Notes under the pieces: model-generated
Seen by the model: only the letters and a program-made list of their open reading frames with translations
Databases searched by the model: none
What the model was told of the DNA's origin: nothing
Shown: positions 1-9,372 of the stretch, one piece after another
How positions within the stretch are numbered: the stretch's first letter is position 1
Layout: every line of letters begins with the position of its first letter
Program-made: the position numbers and the translations under genes
DNA from: Nitrospinales bacterium
GTDB taxonomy: Bacteria; Nitrospinota; Nitrospinia; Nitrospinales; VA-1
Direction of reading: 5' to 3'
DNA: 64,000 nt
Assembly: GCA_965262115.1 (NCBI GenBank)
Contig: OZ253496.1
Coordinates: forward strand, 512,001 to 576,000

Positions 1-320
1 AGAACAATGGGGCTTTTCTGATGCGCAAGAGTCGACCCTGTTTGCAATTGCCGGGCTGAGTTTTCTGTATCGAACGATTTGGTACAGACCAGATAAAAGT
101 CAAAAGTCTCCCTGCCTGTTTCAGCAAGATTTGACGAAGCCGTCAATTGTTGTGGGGAAAAACAGGCCTGACCAAATATACCCTGCCGCTTCAAACCATT
201 TTTCCTCAAAGCCACAACCGTTTCTTCTTTTCCCACAAGATGGACACGATGACCCTCCTGCATCAAAAAACTGGAAAGCCCCAGCCCCACTGCACCTGCA
301 CCAAAAACCAATACTTTCAC
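1..320 (-). CDS. panE: 2-dehydropantoate 2-reductase (ketopantoate reductase), N-terminal part; runs off the window edge
   Basis: Not in the ORF track. Read manually from GTG at 320: VKVLVFGAGAVGLGLSSFLMQEGHRVHLVG...FDFYLVCTKSFDTE, which has a Rossmann GxGxxG and the ApbA-type xxxxTKSxD motif. Confidence 0.85.
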   Translation of the reverse strand, partial: MKVLVFGAGAVGLGLSSFLMQEGHRVHLVGKEETVVALRKNGLKRQGIFGQACFSPQQLTASSNLAETGRETFDFYLVCTKSFDTENSARQLQTGSTLAHQKSPIV

Positions 321-501
321 TATTTCCTATCCGTCAGAATATTCGTAAAACAACAACCTAGCACAGCCGAAGAGAACCACCAAACTGCAGGATCAACCAT
401 TGATAAAATGATCAAAGAGAGATAAAATGCTATCGCTATTTAATTAACCCTCTTTCCAGAAAATCATCACCTCTTCGGAATCCCCGAAAGGAGAAAATGT
501 T

Positions 502-1044
502 ATGAATATGGAAAATCAGCAAGCACAGTTTAACCATGAAGACTGGCTCGCACATCTTTACCGTTTTATAGAAACGGCTCGCCAGTTTTGCAATGAACTC
601 TTCAGAGGATTAAGAACCCTGTCACAAAAAGGTTTGTTAGAAACCTGGAAAGATATTCGTTCTGCGGTTTCCCGGCTCACGCCCCAGGATTTTATCGTTA
701 CATCATTGATAACCATTACCGGAGTGTTTGGCGTAATGACCTTTATGATCGGACTCGGACTTTTCGGTTATCAGACCATACTCTGGTTGCAGAATGGTAT
801 CTGGACCGAATTCCCACTTTTTGTGGTTTTCAACTTCCTGTTTGAGAATACAGTTCTTCATCAATGGATGGTTCACCCGGAGTCCTGGCTGGGCCTGCAA
901 CAAGTGTTTTCGTGGTTGTTGAAATCAGTTCCTTTATCCATAGCGTTAATGATTCCCGGATTTTCCATTGCCCTGTTCATGGCAGGGACTCTGGGGATGG
1001 CCCTGGTCTATCGTTTTTATCAATTAAGAAACAGGAATGACTGA
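502..1044 (+). CDS. Hypothetical membrane protein (2-3 predicted TM segments)
   Basis: 180-aa ORF with AGGAG RBS, hydrophobic segments, and overlap with the start of the next gene. Confidence 0.75.
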   Translation: MNMENQQAQFNHEDWLAHLYRFIETARQFCNELFRGLRTLSQKGLLETWKDIRSAVSRLTPQDFIVTSLITITGVFGVMTFMIGLGLFGYQTILWLQNGIWTEFPLFVVFNFLFENTVLHQWMVHPESWLGLQQVFSWLLKSVPLSIALMIPGFSIALFMAGTLGMALVYRFYQLRNRND

Positions 1045-1765
1045 AGACACCCCATCGCTAAAGAAAAAACTGGAGGGTTCCAAAAAATTCCTTCAAAACG
1101 CTGATCTTAAAGGAGCCGACCTGGAAGGAGCCGATCTTCAAGGGGCGGAGTTGGGTGGCGCCGATATGCGAGGAGCCAACTTAAAAAAGATATTCCTCAG
1201 CGAAGCCAAAATCTCCAAAGCCAATCTATCCGAGGCAGACCTGTCCAACGCCAACCTCAGTGGAGCCGATTTAAATAAATCAAACCTGGGTGGAGCCAAC
1301 CTTCAACACGCTTATATCCGGCGTGCCGACCTGCGTGGCGCTAATTTGAGCGGAACCAACCTGATCAAAGCTAATCTTAGGGAATGTGCGCTATTTAAAA
1401 CCTGGATCAAAAAGGCCGATTGCAGTGAGGCCAATATGCAAAATATTAAAGGCGCACAAATGCAAATGCAGGAATCGGTGCTCAAGGGAACCAAGCTGGA
1501 AGGAGCAGACCTTTCTGGAGCCCGGCTGGATGGCGTCAACTTTGAAGACGCCGGTCTGCAGACAGCAAACCTGAGTCGGGCCAACTTAAAAGGAGCCAAC
1601 TTCAACCGGGCCGATCTACGTGGAGCAAATTTGCGTTATGTAGTGGGATTGACCCGGAAACAGATCGAGCTTGCCCTGATTGATAAAAGAACCCTTTTAC
1701 CCAGCTATCTAAAAATCAAATGGGCCTCCGAAACCCAATTTGAAATTACTGACAATAAAAGTTAA
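1037..1765 (+). CDS. Pentapeptide repeat protein
   Basis: Continuous A(D/N)LxG repeats over about 190 aa. Confidence 0.93.
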   Translation: MTEDTPSLKKKLEGSKKFLQNADLKGADLEGADLQGAELGGADMRGANLKKIFLSEAKISKANLSEADLSNANLSGADLNKSNLGGANLQHAYIRRADLRGANLSGTNLIKANLRECALFKTWIKKADCSEANMQNIKGAQMQMQESVLKGTKLEGADLSGARLDGVNFEDAGLQTANLSRANLKGANFNRADLRGANLRYVVGLTRKQIELALIDKRTLLPSYLKIKWASETQFEITDNKS

Positions 1766-2244
1766 CCCATCTGATTTCTCCGGTCAATTTCGCCCAGCAG
1801 TTCTCCCACCGTTTGAATATTAACCAGATCCCGATGGCCTGAAACCATACCAATAATTCCCACACTAAGAGGAAACGGCTCGTCCCGGTCACGCAGAATA
1901 ATCGTCCCTGTTATATCCTTCTCGTTAAAATTGGGAATCTGCTCTACCTTTAGGGGAAGTTTTGCAACCTCCACCTCGATCGTGAATGAATATTGTTTCT
2001 CCAGATACAATTTCAGCTCGTCCACTTCCTCTTGCGATAAAATATAGTTAGCCCGACGTTGTATCCATAACTTCTGCTTGCCGGTTTTCGGCAAATCCTC
2101 GAAGTTCTCAATCAACTGGTCGTAGGGAATCAGCGGTTCATCACGCAAATAGCAGACCCAATCCACCTTCACGAAGTTTTCAGGATTATCACCCGATAAT
2201 AGCCGGGATGAATCTATCAATGAAAAGGCATAATACAGTGTCAC
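1762..2244 (-). CDS. Hypothetical protein
   Basis: 160-aa ORF with globular composition, convergent with the pentapeptide gene. Confidence 0.65.
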   Translation of the reverse strand: MTLYYAFSLIDSSRLLSGDNPENFVKVDWVCYLRDEPLIPYDQLIENFEDLPKTGKQKLWIQRRANYILSQEEVDELKLYLEKQYSFTIEVEVAKLPLKVEQIPNFNEKDITGTIILRDRDEPFPLSVGIIGMVSGHRDLVNIQTVGELLGEIDRRNQMG

Positions 2245-2379
2245 TCTTAATATCTCCCGTCGATCCGGAATTCAAAATAATACCCATCTGGAAAATTTTT
2301 ATGTACCCCCATGTCGGCAAAGGGTATGATGAGAATCGTTTAATTTTAACCGACACTCGCACTTTTTCCATGGAGAAAA

Positions 2380-2610
2380 ATGGACAACGATAGAAAACTA
2401 ATCAGATTCTCTGCCTCAACAGCATTTTCCGTGGTTTTAGAGTTTGGTAATACTGAAGAAATGAAAGAATACGTAGAAAAAATCAAGAATGCCGGCCTAC
2501 AATGCGAAATCATAGCCGACTTTAATTTAAACTTCGACCAGGCCGACCTGTTCATGGATATGAGAAGCCGGGAATGCCGGGAACAATTTGACCTCGACGA
2601 TTGGATCTAA
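2380..2610 (+). CDS. Small acidic hypothetical protein
   Basis: 76 aa with GGAGA RBS 5-6 nt upstream of ATG. Confidence 0.6.
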   Translation: MDNDRKLIRFSASTAFSVVLEFGNTEEMKEYVEKIKNAGLQCEIIADFNLNFDQADLFMDMRSRECREQFDLDDWI

Positions 2611-2613
2611 CCA

Positions 2614-2787
2614 CTCGGCGTACCCCTTTCGGGGCATGAAGACTGATGAGGGATCATAACATGCTGCCAATGAGCAATAGCGTTCTTGGGCAACAGGGAA
2701 TCTAGTCGGCATAAAGAGGCCTTTGCTATTTTCCCCTTGGGGTTCCTTGGTAGCGCAGACAATTAGACAGGAACTCGTAACGCCGAG
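2614..2787. ncRNA. Candidate structured non-coding RNA (about 175 nt, rod-like nested helices)
   Basis: Nested complementary pairs 2614-2621/2780-2787, 2662-2670/2747-2755 and 2676-2681/2725-2730, plus local hairpins at 2623-2634 and 2733-2742. Family not recognised. Confidence 0.4.
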
Positions 2788-2810
2788 ACAAATTTCGCTC
2801 GCAGTAAAAG

Positions 2811-3341
2811 CTATTGCCCAGTTGCCTCCCCTGCTAAAGGGCGCAATGTATGCAGTCTGTCGGTCAGGGTCTGAGGTTTTTCCTTGCGGTCTTGTAAAAG
2901 GCGGGTGAACCAGTCCAATCCTTCCCCCAGCTTCGGGTCCATTTTTATGGCCCTGTCATAATCAGCAATGGCTTGAGGGTAAAGTCCCATCCGATCCTGT
3001 AAAATACCCCGATTGGCAAAAGAAACGGCAGAATCGGGGTCGCGCTCCAGTACTTCGTTAAACGCCTCCAAAGCGTCCCGATCACGGCCCAACTGCACCA
3101 GCGTCCGGGCTCTTCCCCTTTTGGCATGGATGAAATCCGGATTCTCCCGGATGCTGGTTTCATAGTCCTGCAGGGCCTCTTCATATTTTCCATCGGTATA
3201 AAATCCTACCGCACGACTAAAAGATGGTCCACCAGAGTGAGTTCCCGGTCCTGTCCCTTTATAAAAAGCCCAAGCCAATGAGACGAAGATAAGCGCCACG
3301 CCGATATAACGGATTCCCCTGTCAATCGTGTCGGTTTTCAT
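2811..3341 (-). CDS. Membrane-anchored TPR repeat protein
   Basis: N-terminal hydrophobic helix followed by three TPR motifs (YEEALQDY, AFNEVLERDP, YPQAIADYDRAIKMDP). Confidence 0.85.
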   Translation of the reverse strand: MKTDTIDRGIRYIGVALIFVSLAWAFYKGTGPGTHSGGPSFSRAVGFYTDGKYEEALQDYETSIRENPDFIHAKRGRARTLVQLGRDRDALEAFNEVLERDPDSAVSFANRGILQDRMGLYPQAIADYDRAIKMDPKLGEGLDWFTRLLQDRKEKPQTLTDRLHTLRPLAGEATGQ

Positions 3342-3407
3342 GGTAAAGGCCGCCCTGGAACTTCCAGGCGTGGCAGAACCGTACGGCTCCGGGGAAGGAA
3401 CAACACA

Positions 3408-3923
3408 TTAATCCTGAAGTTTCCAATGGGCGAGGCGGATGCCCCCTTTCTGGGACCTACGGGCGAATCTTTCGACTCCTTCCGCAATGATTTTTTCATC
3501 ACTATAAACCGCGTTGACGAATCTGGCGACAAGTTCAGGATGACCCTCACCAAATTTAGGAATTTTTTTTCCTACCCAGTCGAAGGTAGATTCATCGGCC
3601 GTATAAAACTTTAAAAAAGTCGAAAGATGTAAAATCAAACTATTGCGCTCCACATTTTGTGGTTTGCGTTTAGAACTTCTTTTTAAGGCGGAGACAGGAA
3701 GCTGAAGACCCCCTATTCTCCTGCGGGAATCCATCCGGTCTTTTTGGGGAAGGTATTTTGCAGCAAGAAAGCATGTAGACAGCACACTGCTTTCCAGGTT
3801 CCCATAGGGAAACTCATTATCGCCCTGTCGCAGTTTCTTCATTCTCTCTATCGCCAATTTGCCCTTCGGCGAATAACAAAAATGGGCACGCCATACTTTA
3901 AATTCTTTAACCGTCTTAATCAT
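3408..3923 (-). CDS. Hypothetical basic protein
   Basis: 171-aa ORF directly downstream of hspQ; no motif recognised. Confidence 0.5.
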   Translation of the reverse strand: MIKTVKEFKVWRAHFCYSPKGKLAIERMKKLRQGDNEFPYGNLESSVLSTCFLAAKYLPQKDRMDSRRRIGGLQLPVSALKRSSKRKPQNVERNSLILHLSTFLKFYTADESTFDWVGKKIPKFGEGHPELVARFVNAVYSDEKIIAEGVERFARRSQKGGIRLAHWKLQD

Positions 3924-3940
3924 CGAAAAATGACCTTCTG

Positions 3941-4183
3941 TTAATTTTTACTGGCGGGGTCCGTTTCCAGGTTTTGTTCTTCCACATAGGTTTGGCTGCC
4001 TCTCTGGTGAACCATAACATGGTACCAGGGTTTGTCTTTAGGGGGCTTGCTCCGGGCCATATCGTCATACCATTCGTCTGACTGCTTGAACTCCATGTCG
4101 ACGCCTAAAATGATTCCTCGGTAATCAAACAGTTTATGGCAAATAAGTTGCCCGATACAGAACTTTTCTTTTGTAGTGCTCAT
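3941..4183 (-). CDS. hspQ: Heat shock protein HspQ / YccV-like protein
   Basis: KFCIGQLICHKLFDYRGIILGVD...PWYHVMV...TYVEEQNL matches the YccV/HspQ pattern. Confidence 0.88.
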   Translation of the reverse strand: MSTTKEKFCIGQLICHKLFDYRGIILGVDMEFKQSDEWYDDMARSKPPKDKPWYHVMVHQRGSQTYVEEQNLETDPASKN

Positions 4184-4259
4184 ATCATATTCTATAATTT
4201 AGATGTTTTTGTTTTTATAGCCCGCTTCCTCTTACTGGCCAAAACTTTATAGAGCATCT

Positions 4260-5111
4260 TTAAACTTTTTTCCTGCACTCATAGGTATCTTCAGAGGTCC
4301 ATTTCACTTCAATATAATCCGGAACCTGGGTTTTATGGTCTATCTTAGCCAATTCTAATTCTTCAGAGGAAATATTTTTTACCTTCCTGAGGTCCACGCC
4401 TTGAAATTTTGCCTCAATGAGCTCTGCCCCGGAAAAATCAGAATCCGTCAAGTCCGCGCCCCGAAAATCTGCATCTCCCAGTTTTGAGTTTACAAAACAG
4501 GTGGAAATCAGGCAAGCCTGCTTTAAACTGGCTTCACTCAAATTGGCTCCCGAGAAGTCCACTTCACGGCAATCGGTTTCATTCAATTCTGCAGCGACCA
4601 AATTAGCTCGGACCATTTTCGCGCCGACCAGTTTTCCCTTGCCCAGGTTGGCGCCACGGCTGAAATAGCCTTCCCGCTGGTACCGCCCCGAAAGTTTGGC
4701 CTCGGTCAAATCTGCACCCGACAAATCTGCTTCAAGAAGACTGGCTTCCACCAGGCTGGTGCGTATCAGGTCGCTTCCGGTCAATATAGCTTGTGAAAGA
4801 TTGGCCCCCATCAGGTCTGCGGAGTTCAAGTTCGCCCCCTCGAAGTTTGCCCGGGTGAGATTGGCTTTTTGTAAATTAGCCCCCGAAAGGTTGGTGTTTT
4901 TAAAGTTCACCCGCATGGCTTTTGCAGAGAAAAAATTGCCTCCCGAAAAATCCGAATCACTCAGATTTGCCGATACCAGATTGGCAGACATGAGATTGGC
5001 ATTTTTCAAGTCCGTGCAGGACAAATCCAGACCCTTCAGGTTTGCACCTTCAAGATTTTTTTTAGACTGCTTAACTTTTTCTTTATCCCAAGTCTCGATA
5101 GGGGAACCCAC
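4260..5111 (-). CDS. Pentapeptide repeat protein
   Basis: Long run of A(N/D)L(S/T)G repeats; C-terminal cap resembles that of 1037-1765. Confidence 0.93.
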   Translation of the reverse strand: MGSPIETWDKEKVKQSKKNLEGANLKGLDLSCTDLKNANLMSANLVSANLSDSDFSGGNFFSAKAMRVNFKNTNLSGANLQKANLTRANFEGANLNSADLMGANLSQAILTGSDLIRTSLVEASLLEADLSGADLTEAKLSGRYQREGYFSRGANLGKGKLVGAKMVRANLVAAELNETDCREVDFSGANLSEASLKQACLISTCFVNSKLGDADFRGADLTDSDFSGAELIEAKFQGVDLRKVKNISSEELELAKIDHKTQVPDYIEVKWTSEDTYECRKKV

Positions 5112-5272
5112 TGAATGTTAAAATATTTAATGAAAATCCAATCCTCTTGAGATCGGAGCAAAGAGTACTAATCTATTCATCTCCCAATCCAAAGTCAAAT
5201 AGTTCCTTCAAGAACCTGAAAAATCAGCAAAGCAGGTTAAACGGGGCAGAATAAATATGGAAACAGGGAAAA

Positions 5273-5440
5273 ATGAGGAATTCGATAGCCAATCAGAGCA
5301 GTTTCACTTTGGTAAAGCTGTTAATCGTTACGGCTATTATAGGCATTCTCGCCAGGATCTCCATCCCCGGTATGGGTAGTTTAAGAAAACCAATCTCTCA
5401 TCCTTTTGTAACCTTTGCAATGCACTTATGTATGTGTTGA
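5273..5440 (+). pseudogene. Degenerate type IV prepilin N-terminus (remnant)
   Basis: Manual translation MRNSIANQSS-FTLVKLLIVTAIIGILARISIP; class III signal with G-1 changed to S and E5 changed to K, then no pilin body. Confidence 0.65.
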
Positions 5441-5799
5441 TTTATTTCATGCTCCCAAAAGCGGATCACCTTCCAACCGAGGGACTTTAAAGCTAGGTTA
5501 TTCTTTTTATCTCTCTCCCTATTTTTTCTGAATTTCTCTTCCCAATACTTGGAATTAGATTTTGGCGTTTGACCACATTTAAAGCACCCATGCCAAAAGC
5601 ACCCATCTAAAAAGATCGCCAATTTCTTCTTTGTAAATACTATATCCGGTTTTCCAAGAAGGTTTTTATAATTCTTTCTCCAACCTCTTATTCCTTTTTC
5701 CCAAAGTTCACGCCGGAATCTCAACTCAATCCCTGTATCAGCTCCTCTAATGGAACTCATTATCTCGGAGCACCGCTCTGAAGAGACCTTATCTACCAT
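5398..5799 (-). CDS. vsr: Very short patch repair endonuclease
   Basis: RxxxMSxI...T.IE...GKPDIV...AIFLDGCFWHGC...W..K...NRERD...GWKVIRFWEHE. Confidence 0.93.
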   Translation of the reverse strand: MVDKVSSERCSEIMSSIRGADTGIELRFRRELWEKGIRGWRKNYKNLLGKPDIVFTKKKLAIFLDGCFWHGCFKCGQTPKSNSKYWEEKFRKNRERDKKNNLALKSLGWKVIRFWEHEINQHIHKCIAKVTKG

Positions 5800-5853
5800 G
5801 ATCTTTTAAATATAGGAGGTTAATTAAAACTTTTTCAAATGGTTTCGCTGTGG

Positions 5854-5889
5854 ATGCTAATCATAGTCTGTAGAACAATAGTATGCCAT
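5854..5889 (+). promoter_or_regulatory. Putative C-box (controller-protein operator)
   Basis: ATGCTAATCATAGTCTGTAGAACAATAGTATGCCAT: two xATAGT half-boxes around a central GT, 20 bp upstream of the controller gene, as in C.AhdI/C.Esp1396I-type systems. Confidence 0.55.
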
Positions 5890-5908
5890 TTTCTAGAGTG
5901 CAAAAGCG

Positions 5909-6115
5909 ATGAAAAAGAAAACGTTGGTTCAATTTGGACAAAAAGCAAGAAAGGAAAGGCTGAAGTTGGGTCTTTCCCAAGAAAAACTTGCTGAAAAAGC
6001 AGGACTTCATCGCACCTACGTCGGAATGATAGAAAGAGCCGAAAAAAATATCACTTTAACAAACATAGAAAAAATTTCAAAAGCCTTGGGCCTTCGCCTC
6101 TCTGATTTAGTTTGA
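5909..6115 (+). CDS. XRE-family HTH protein, restriction-modification controller (C protein)-like
   Basis: LSQEKLAEKAGLHRTYVGMIERAEKNITL; lies between vsr and an REase/MTase remnant. Confidence 0.85.
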   Translation: MKKKTLVQFGQKARKERLKLGLSQEKLAEKAGLHRTYVGMIERAEKNITLTNIEKISKALGLRLSDLV

Positions 6116-6118
6116 AAA

Positions 6119-6423
6119 ATGGACCTCGTTGAAATACAAAAACTTTTAAAAAATAAAAACATAAAAGCTATGAACATAAGAGTTCACGGGGATGCAGTCG
6201 AAAAATATATAGATGTAGAGTTCTCCTATCCCGCCATAAGTAAGAAGTGGGAAGGGACGATTCCTTTTCATTACAAATATTCAGGGCTCCTCCTTCAAAA
6301 GCCAAAAGAAGTTGCAGATTTTTAGAGGATGCCTACGGCAAATTATCTCCAGAAAAAAGAGCTGAATGGGCACAACAACAACGTTCAATATGGAATAGCG
6401 AACATTCAAGGAGGGTTGTTACT
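6119..6423 (+). pseudogene. Truncated, frameshifted gene after the controller (probable restriction endonuclease remnant)
   Basis: ORF 6119-6325 continues in another frame after the T-run near 6320 (FLEDAYGKL...), then runs into antisense MTase sequence near 6423. The REase call is positional only. Confidence 0.5.
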
Positions 6424-6853
6424 GATGAAGTTCAGCGGCCGTTATTTCTTCAATGGGTTTTTCAATATGGACGCTTTGGGAAAAATTCTTTCTAATCGTG
6501 TCAGAGGCATATTTATTAATTTCTATACTTAATAATTTATTGAATCCTGCGTCTACAAAACCTTTGGACATTCCCCTTGCCCCAGAAAACAGATCAACAA
6601 AATTGTAATTAGCTTTTGATGACGTTATTTTGGCTGTGTCAATTTTTTCCCAATTTTGATTTGTTAAATCCTGGTCTAATTTACCCATCAAATTAGAATA
6701 ACTGCTGATGGCATTTTTAGCTCTGCTCTTGCTAAAACCTTTGAGGTTGGCAGATTTATTCATATCATTGTTGCGATTGCTCCCATAACGTTGTTCCTTA
6801 GGAACAAACTCACTAACATCAAAAAGGGCAACTTGTTTTTCAATCTTTTTCAT
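6419..6853 (-). pseudogene. C5 DNA cytosine methyltransferase, N-terminal fragment
   Basis: Motif I VDLFSGARGMSKGF (FxGxGG altered to FxGxRG), motif II IEIN, and motif III region. Stops before catalytic motif IV (PC). Confidence 0.85.
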
Positions 6854-7201
6854 ATTCTTGGAAAATTTCAGAACAACATTAGAACAACAAGCGAGTTTGC
6901 CCCCGCAAATATACAGCATCTATGAGAATGATCAATAAAAAAACGGGGCTGTCCTAAAGCGTTGAGAATATGAGCAAAGAAATGATAAGAATAATATAAT
7001 CCAAGGTGTAAAGAGGCACAATCACATACATAAGTTCTGCCTTCAACCTTTACAAGTTCCGCATTTCCATGCTACTCCCCCTTCCATACTTTGCAAGTAC
7101 ATCTGAAATGCTCATGACGTTGCTCTCTTTAGGTTGTAATTTTCACCCAATAAAGAAAAATGGCCTACAGCATTTTATCTGTCCATAGACCATTATTTTT
7201 A

Positions 7202-7278
<77 letters not shown>

Positions 7279-7464
7279 TTATTTGTTTACAATGATTTAT
7301 AATCCAAACAATTTCGGAAAGACAAACTTGTAGACTGCTTTCGGAATATTCACCAAAAAAGGAGAACGGCACGAGCATAGCAAATTTTTTCGTTAATATG
7401 GATCAAAAAAACAGAATATAATAAATCGAAATTAAGGGAAACTGTCCTTAGAGGGATTAGGGCA

Positions 7465-7642
7465 GTTTCGGAAGGGATGAGACGCATGACACTTAAGGCT
7501 GTGACAGATTTCCCGCAACCGGATTCACCCACCAGCACCAGGGTCTCGCCCTTGTGGAGGGTCAGGTCCATATTGTGCGCGGGGCTTTAACGATGTTTTC
7601 TTCGGTGTGAAAAAACGTGCTCAGGTCTTCAATTTCGAGCAT
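7465..7642 (-). pseudogene. Peptide/nickel ABC transporter ATP-binding subunit (DppD/OppD type), 5' remnant
   Basis: [20 protein letters not shown], a frameshift, then [32 protein letters not shown] (Walker A), then loss of homology. Confidence 0.85.
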
Positions 7643-7676
7643 GTTATCTTTGAAGGGGAAAAGGTGCCGGACCGGT

Positions 7677-8576
7677 TCAGGGATGGTCATGACCTTCGTG
7701 GTCGTCGTGCCCATCGTCTTCATCGAGGATATCTTCATAGCGGTATTCATCGTCCTCATCAATGTCGTAGCGGTTCAGCCTGGTATCAATTTTTTCCGAC
7801 CACAGATCAATGCCACCTTCCAGACACTTCATGTTGGTGAATCCTTTCTGGGTCAGCCATTTCTGAAAGCTGGGACTGCGATCCTGTTTCCAGTCGATCA
7901 AAACTATTTCGCGATCCTTTTCAAAGGTTCCCAGAATATGCTCATTATTTTCGGCATTGATGATGTGCGAACCCTCGATCCTGGAAATATCTCTTTCCCA
8001 GCTTTCGCGAATGTCCAGCAGGACGGGCTTGTTGCCGGAATAAATTTTTTGCTTCAGTTCCTCACAGGTCATGACGGCAATGTTTTTGTCTGCATGCTCC
8101 CTGTTCAGGCAGTTGATGACCTCTTGTATGTTTTTCCCATGGGTCTGGCATAGAGAGGCCAAGGTTTCGTCTTTATTATATGGAGTCATTGGCATACCAA
8201 TATGAAATTCCTTGAAGAGCACTGTATGAACCTCCGGAAAAATCTGGTTGGCCGATTCCATAGACAGCTCTGCATTGAACTCGCCTCCTGTTTTTTCCAC
8301 TTCAATTTCAGAAATTTTAAGGATGTGATAACCATATTGGGAATGAACCGGGCCGATAATATTTCCTGAATCAGCTTCAGAAAATTCCTGTCCCATAATG
8401 GATTGCAGATTGCCTTCTGGCATCCATCCCAAGTCACCAGAGTTTTCTTTGGAGGGGCAGGTGCTGAAGTTTGTCACCACCTCTTCAAAAGGAGTGCCGC
8501 TATCTAACTGTTTTTTTGCTGCAACGACATCTTCCATGGAATGGGTGAAAATCTGGCTCGCTCGAACCCGGATCAT
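7677..8576 (-). CDS. Parvulin (PpiC) PPIase + small helical domain + rhodanese-like domain fusion with Asp/His-rich tail
   Basis: FSTCPSKENSGDLGW...GPVHSQYGYHILKI (parvulin); LLDIRESWE...LEGGIDLWS (rhodanese fold); tail DDGHDDHEGHDHP. Confidence 0.85.
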   Translation of the reverse strand: MIRVRASQIFTHSMEDVVAAKKQLDSGTPFEEVVTNFSTCPSKENSGDLGWMPEGNLQSIMGQEFSEADSGNIIGPVHSQYGYHILKISEIEVEKTGGEFNAELSMESANQIFPEVHTVLFKEFHIGMPMTPYNKDETLASLCQTHGKNIQEVINCLNREHADKNIAVMTCEELKQKIYSGNKPVLLDIRESWERDISRIEGSHIINAENNEHILGTFEKDREIVLIDWKQDRSPSFQKWLTQKGFTNMKCLEGGIDLWSEKIDTRLNRYDIDEDDEYRYEDILDEDDGHDDHEGHDHP

Positions 8577-8894
8577 AGGCTTGTCTCCTGAGTGCTTGAT
8601 TTGTAGAGGGATATGATAGTATGTTAACTATTTGATGTCAAAAGTCAGTTCAAGGGAGCAAAATAACCGCTGGCACTCAAAACGATTGAAGTTTCAGGTC
8701 TTAAATATCATTTTGTCTAAGGGTTTGGTGGTATTGCGGAAAAACAGCGCAAACCCGGAACCATTAAAGACTAAGAAGTCTTATTATGGGAACGTTTTTT
8801 TAAGTTTGGTGATGATAGAAGAACTGACAGCCCTGCCAATGATATGGTGGGAAGGCACAGGCAAACCAAGCCTTTCGCTTTTCAAAGTAAGATT

Positions 8895-9317
8895 TTATTT
8901 ATACAACGCACTCAAATTCCGTTTAGCTTTAGCTTCCCCATTTTTATCCCTGTTCCTACGGAAAAGCCTTGCCGCAAACCTGGTATGAGCAATTGCATTT
9001 GCTTTGTCATCAACCAAACCAAATGCCTTACCAATATTCAAATGGGCATACGCATACTTCGGGTTAACTTTCAGGGCTTTTTTAAATTGACCCAAGGCTT
9101 CTGGAAAACGCTTTGCTCCCCAGAAAGCTTCTCCAAGCCTATTTAAATTAATTTCATCATCAGGCTTGATTTTTAGCTCACGTTGGTATGCCTGGACAGC
9201 ACCGTTAAAATTACCAAATTGTTGGTATACATCCCCTATATCTATATAGGCCTTGTAGTCTTTCGGGTTTTGCCGGATTCGATTTTTAAGAGTTTCCACC
9301 CTTTTCTCAGGTCGCAT
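8895..9317 (-). CDS. TPR repeat protein
   Basis: Three to four TPR motifs (AYIDIGDVY, LNRLGEAF, AHLNIGKAF). Confidence 0.85.
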   Translation of the reverse strand: MRPEKRVETLKNRIRQNPKDYKAYIDIGDVYQQFGNFNGAVQAYQRELKIKPDDEINLNRLGEAFWGAKRFPEALGQFKKALKVNPKYAYAHLNIGKAFGLVDDKANAIAHTRFAARLFRRNRDKNGEAKAKRNLSALYK

Positions 9318-9372
9318 AACATGGTTTATTTCACGGCTAATAAACGTAGACTTCAGAGATAACTGTCAATAT

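Noticed and set aside
131..425. Two plus-strand ORFs
   Set aside because: They are antisense shadows of the panE reading frame.
2643..2650. Hammerhead ribozyme (CTGATGAG)
   Set aside because: No appropriately placed stem II followed by GAAA and cleavage triplet could be built.
2605..2768. Integron attC site (ATCTAAC ... ATTAGAC)
   Set aside because: The right end lacks the invariant GTT, the span exceeds typical attC length, the best stem extends beyond it, and there is no integrase.
8632..9146. Plus-strand ORFs 8632-8988 and 8844-9146
   Set aside because: No RBS or motifs, and they overlap the TPR gene on the opposite strand.
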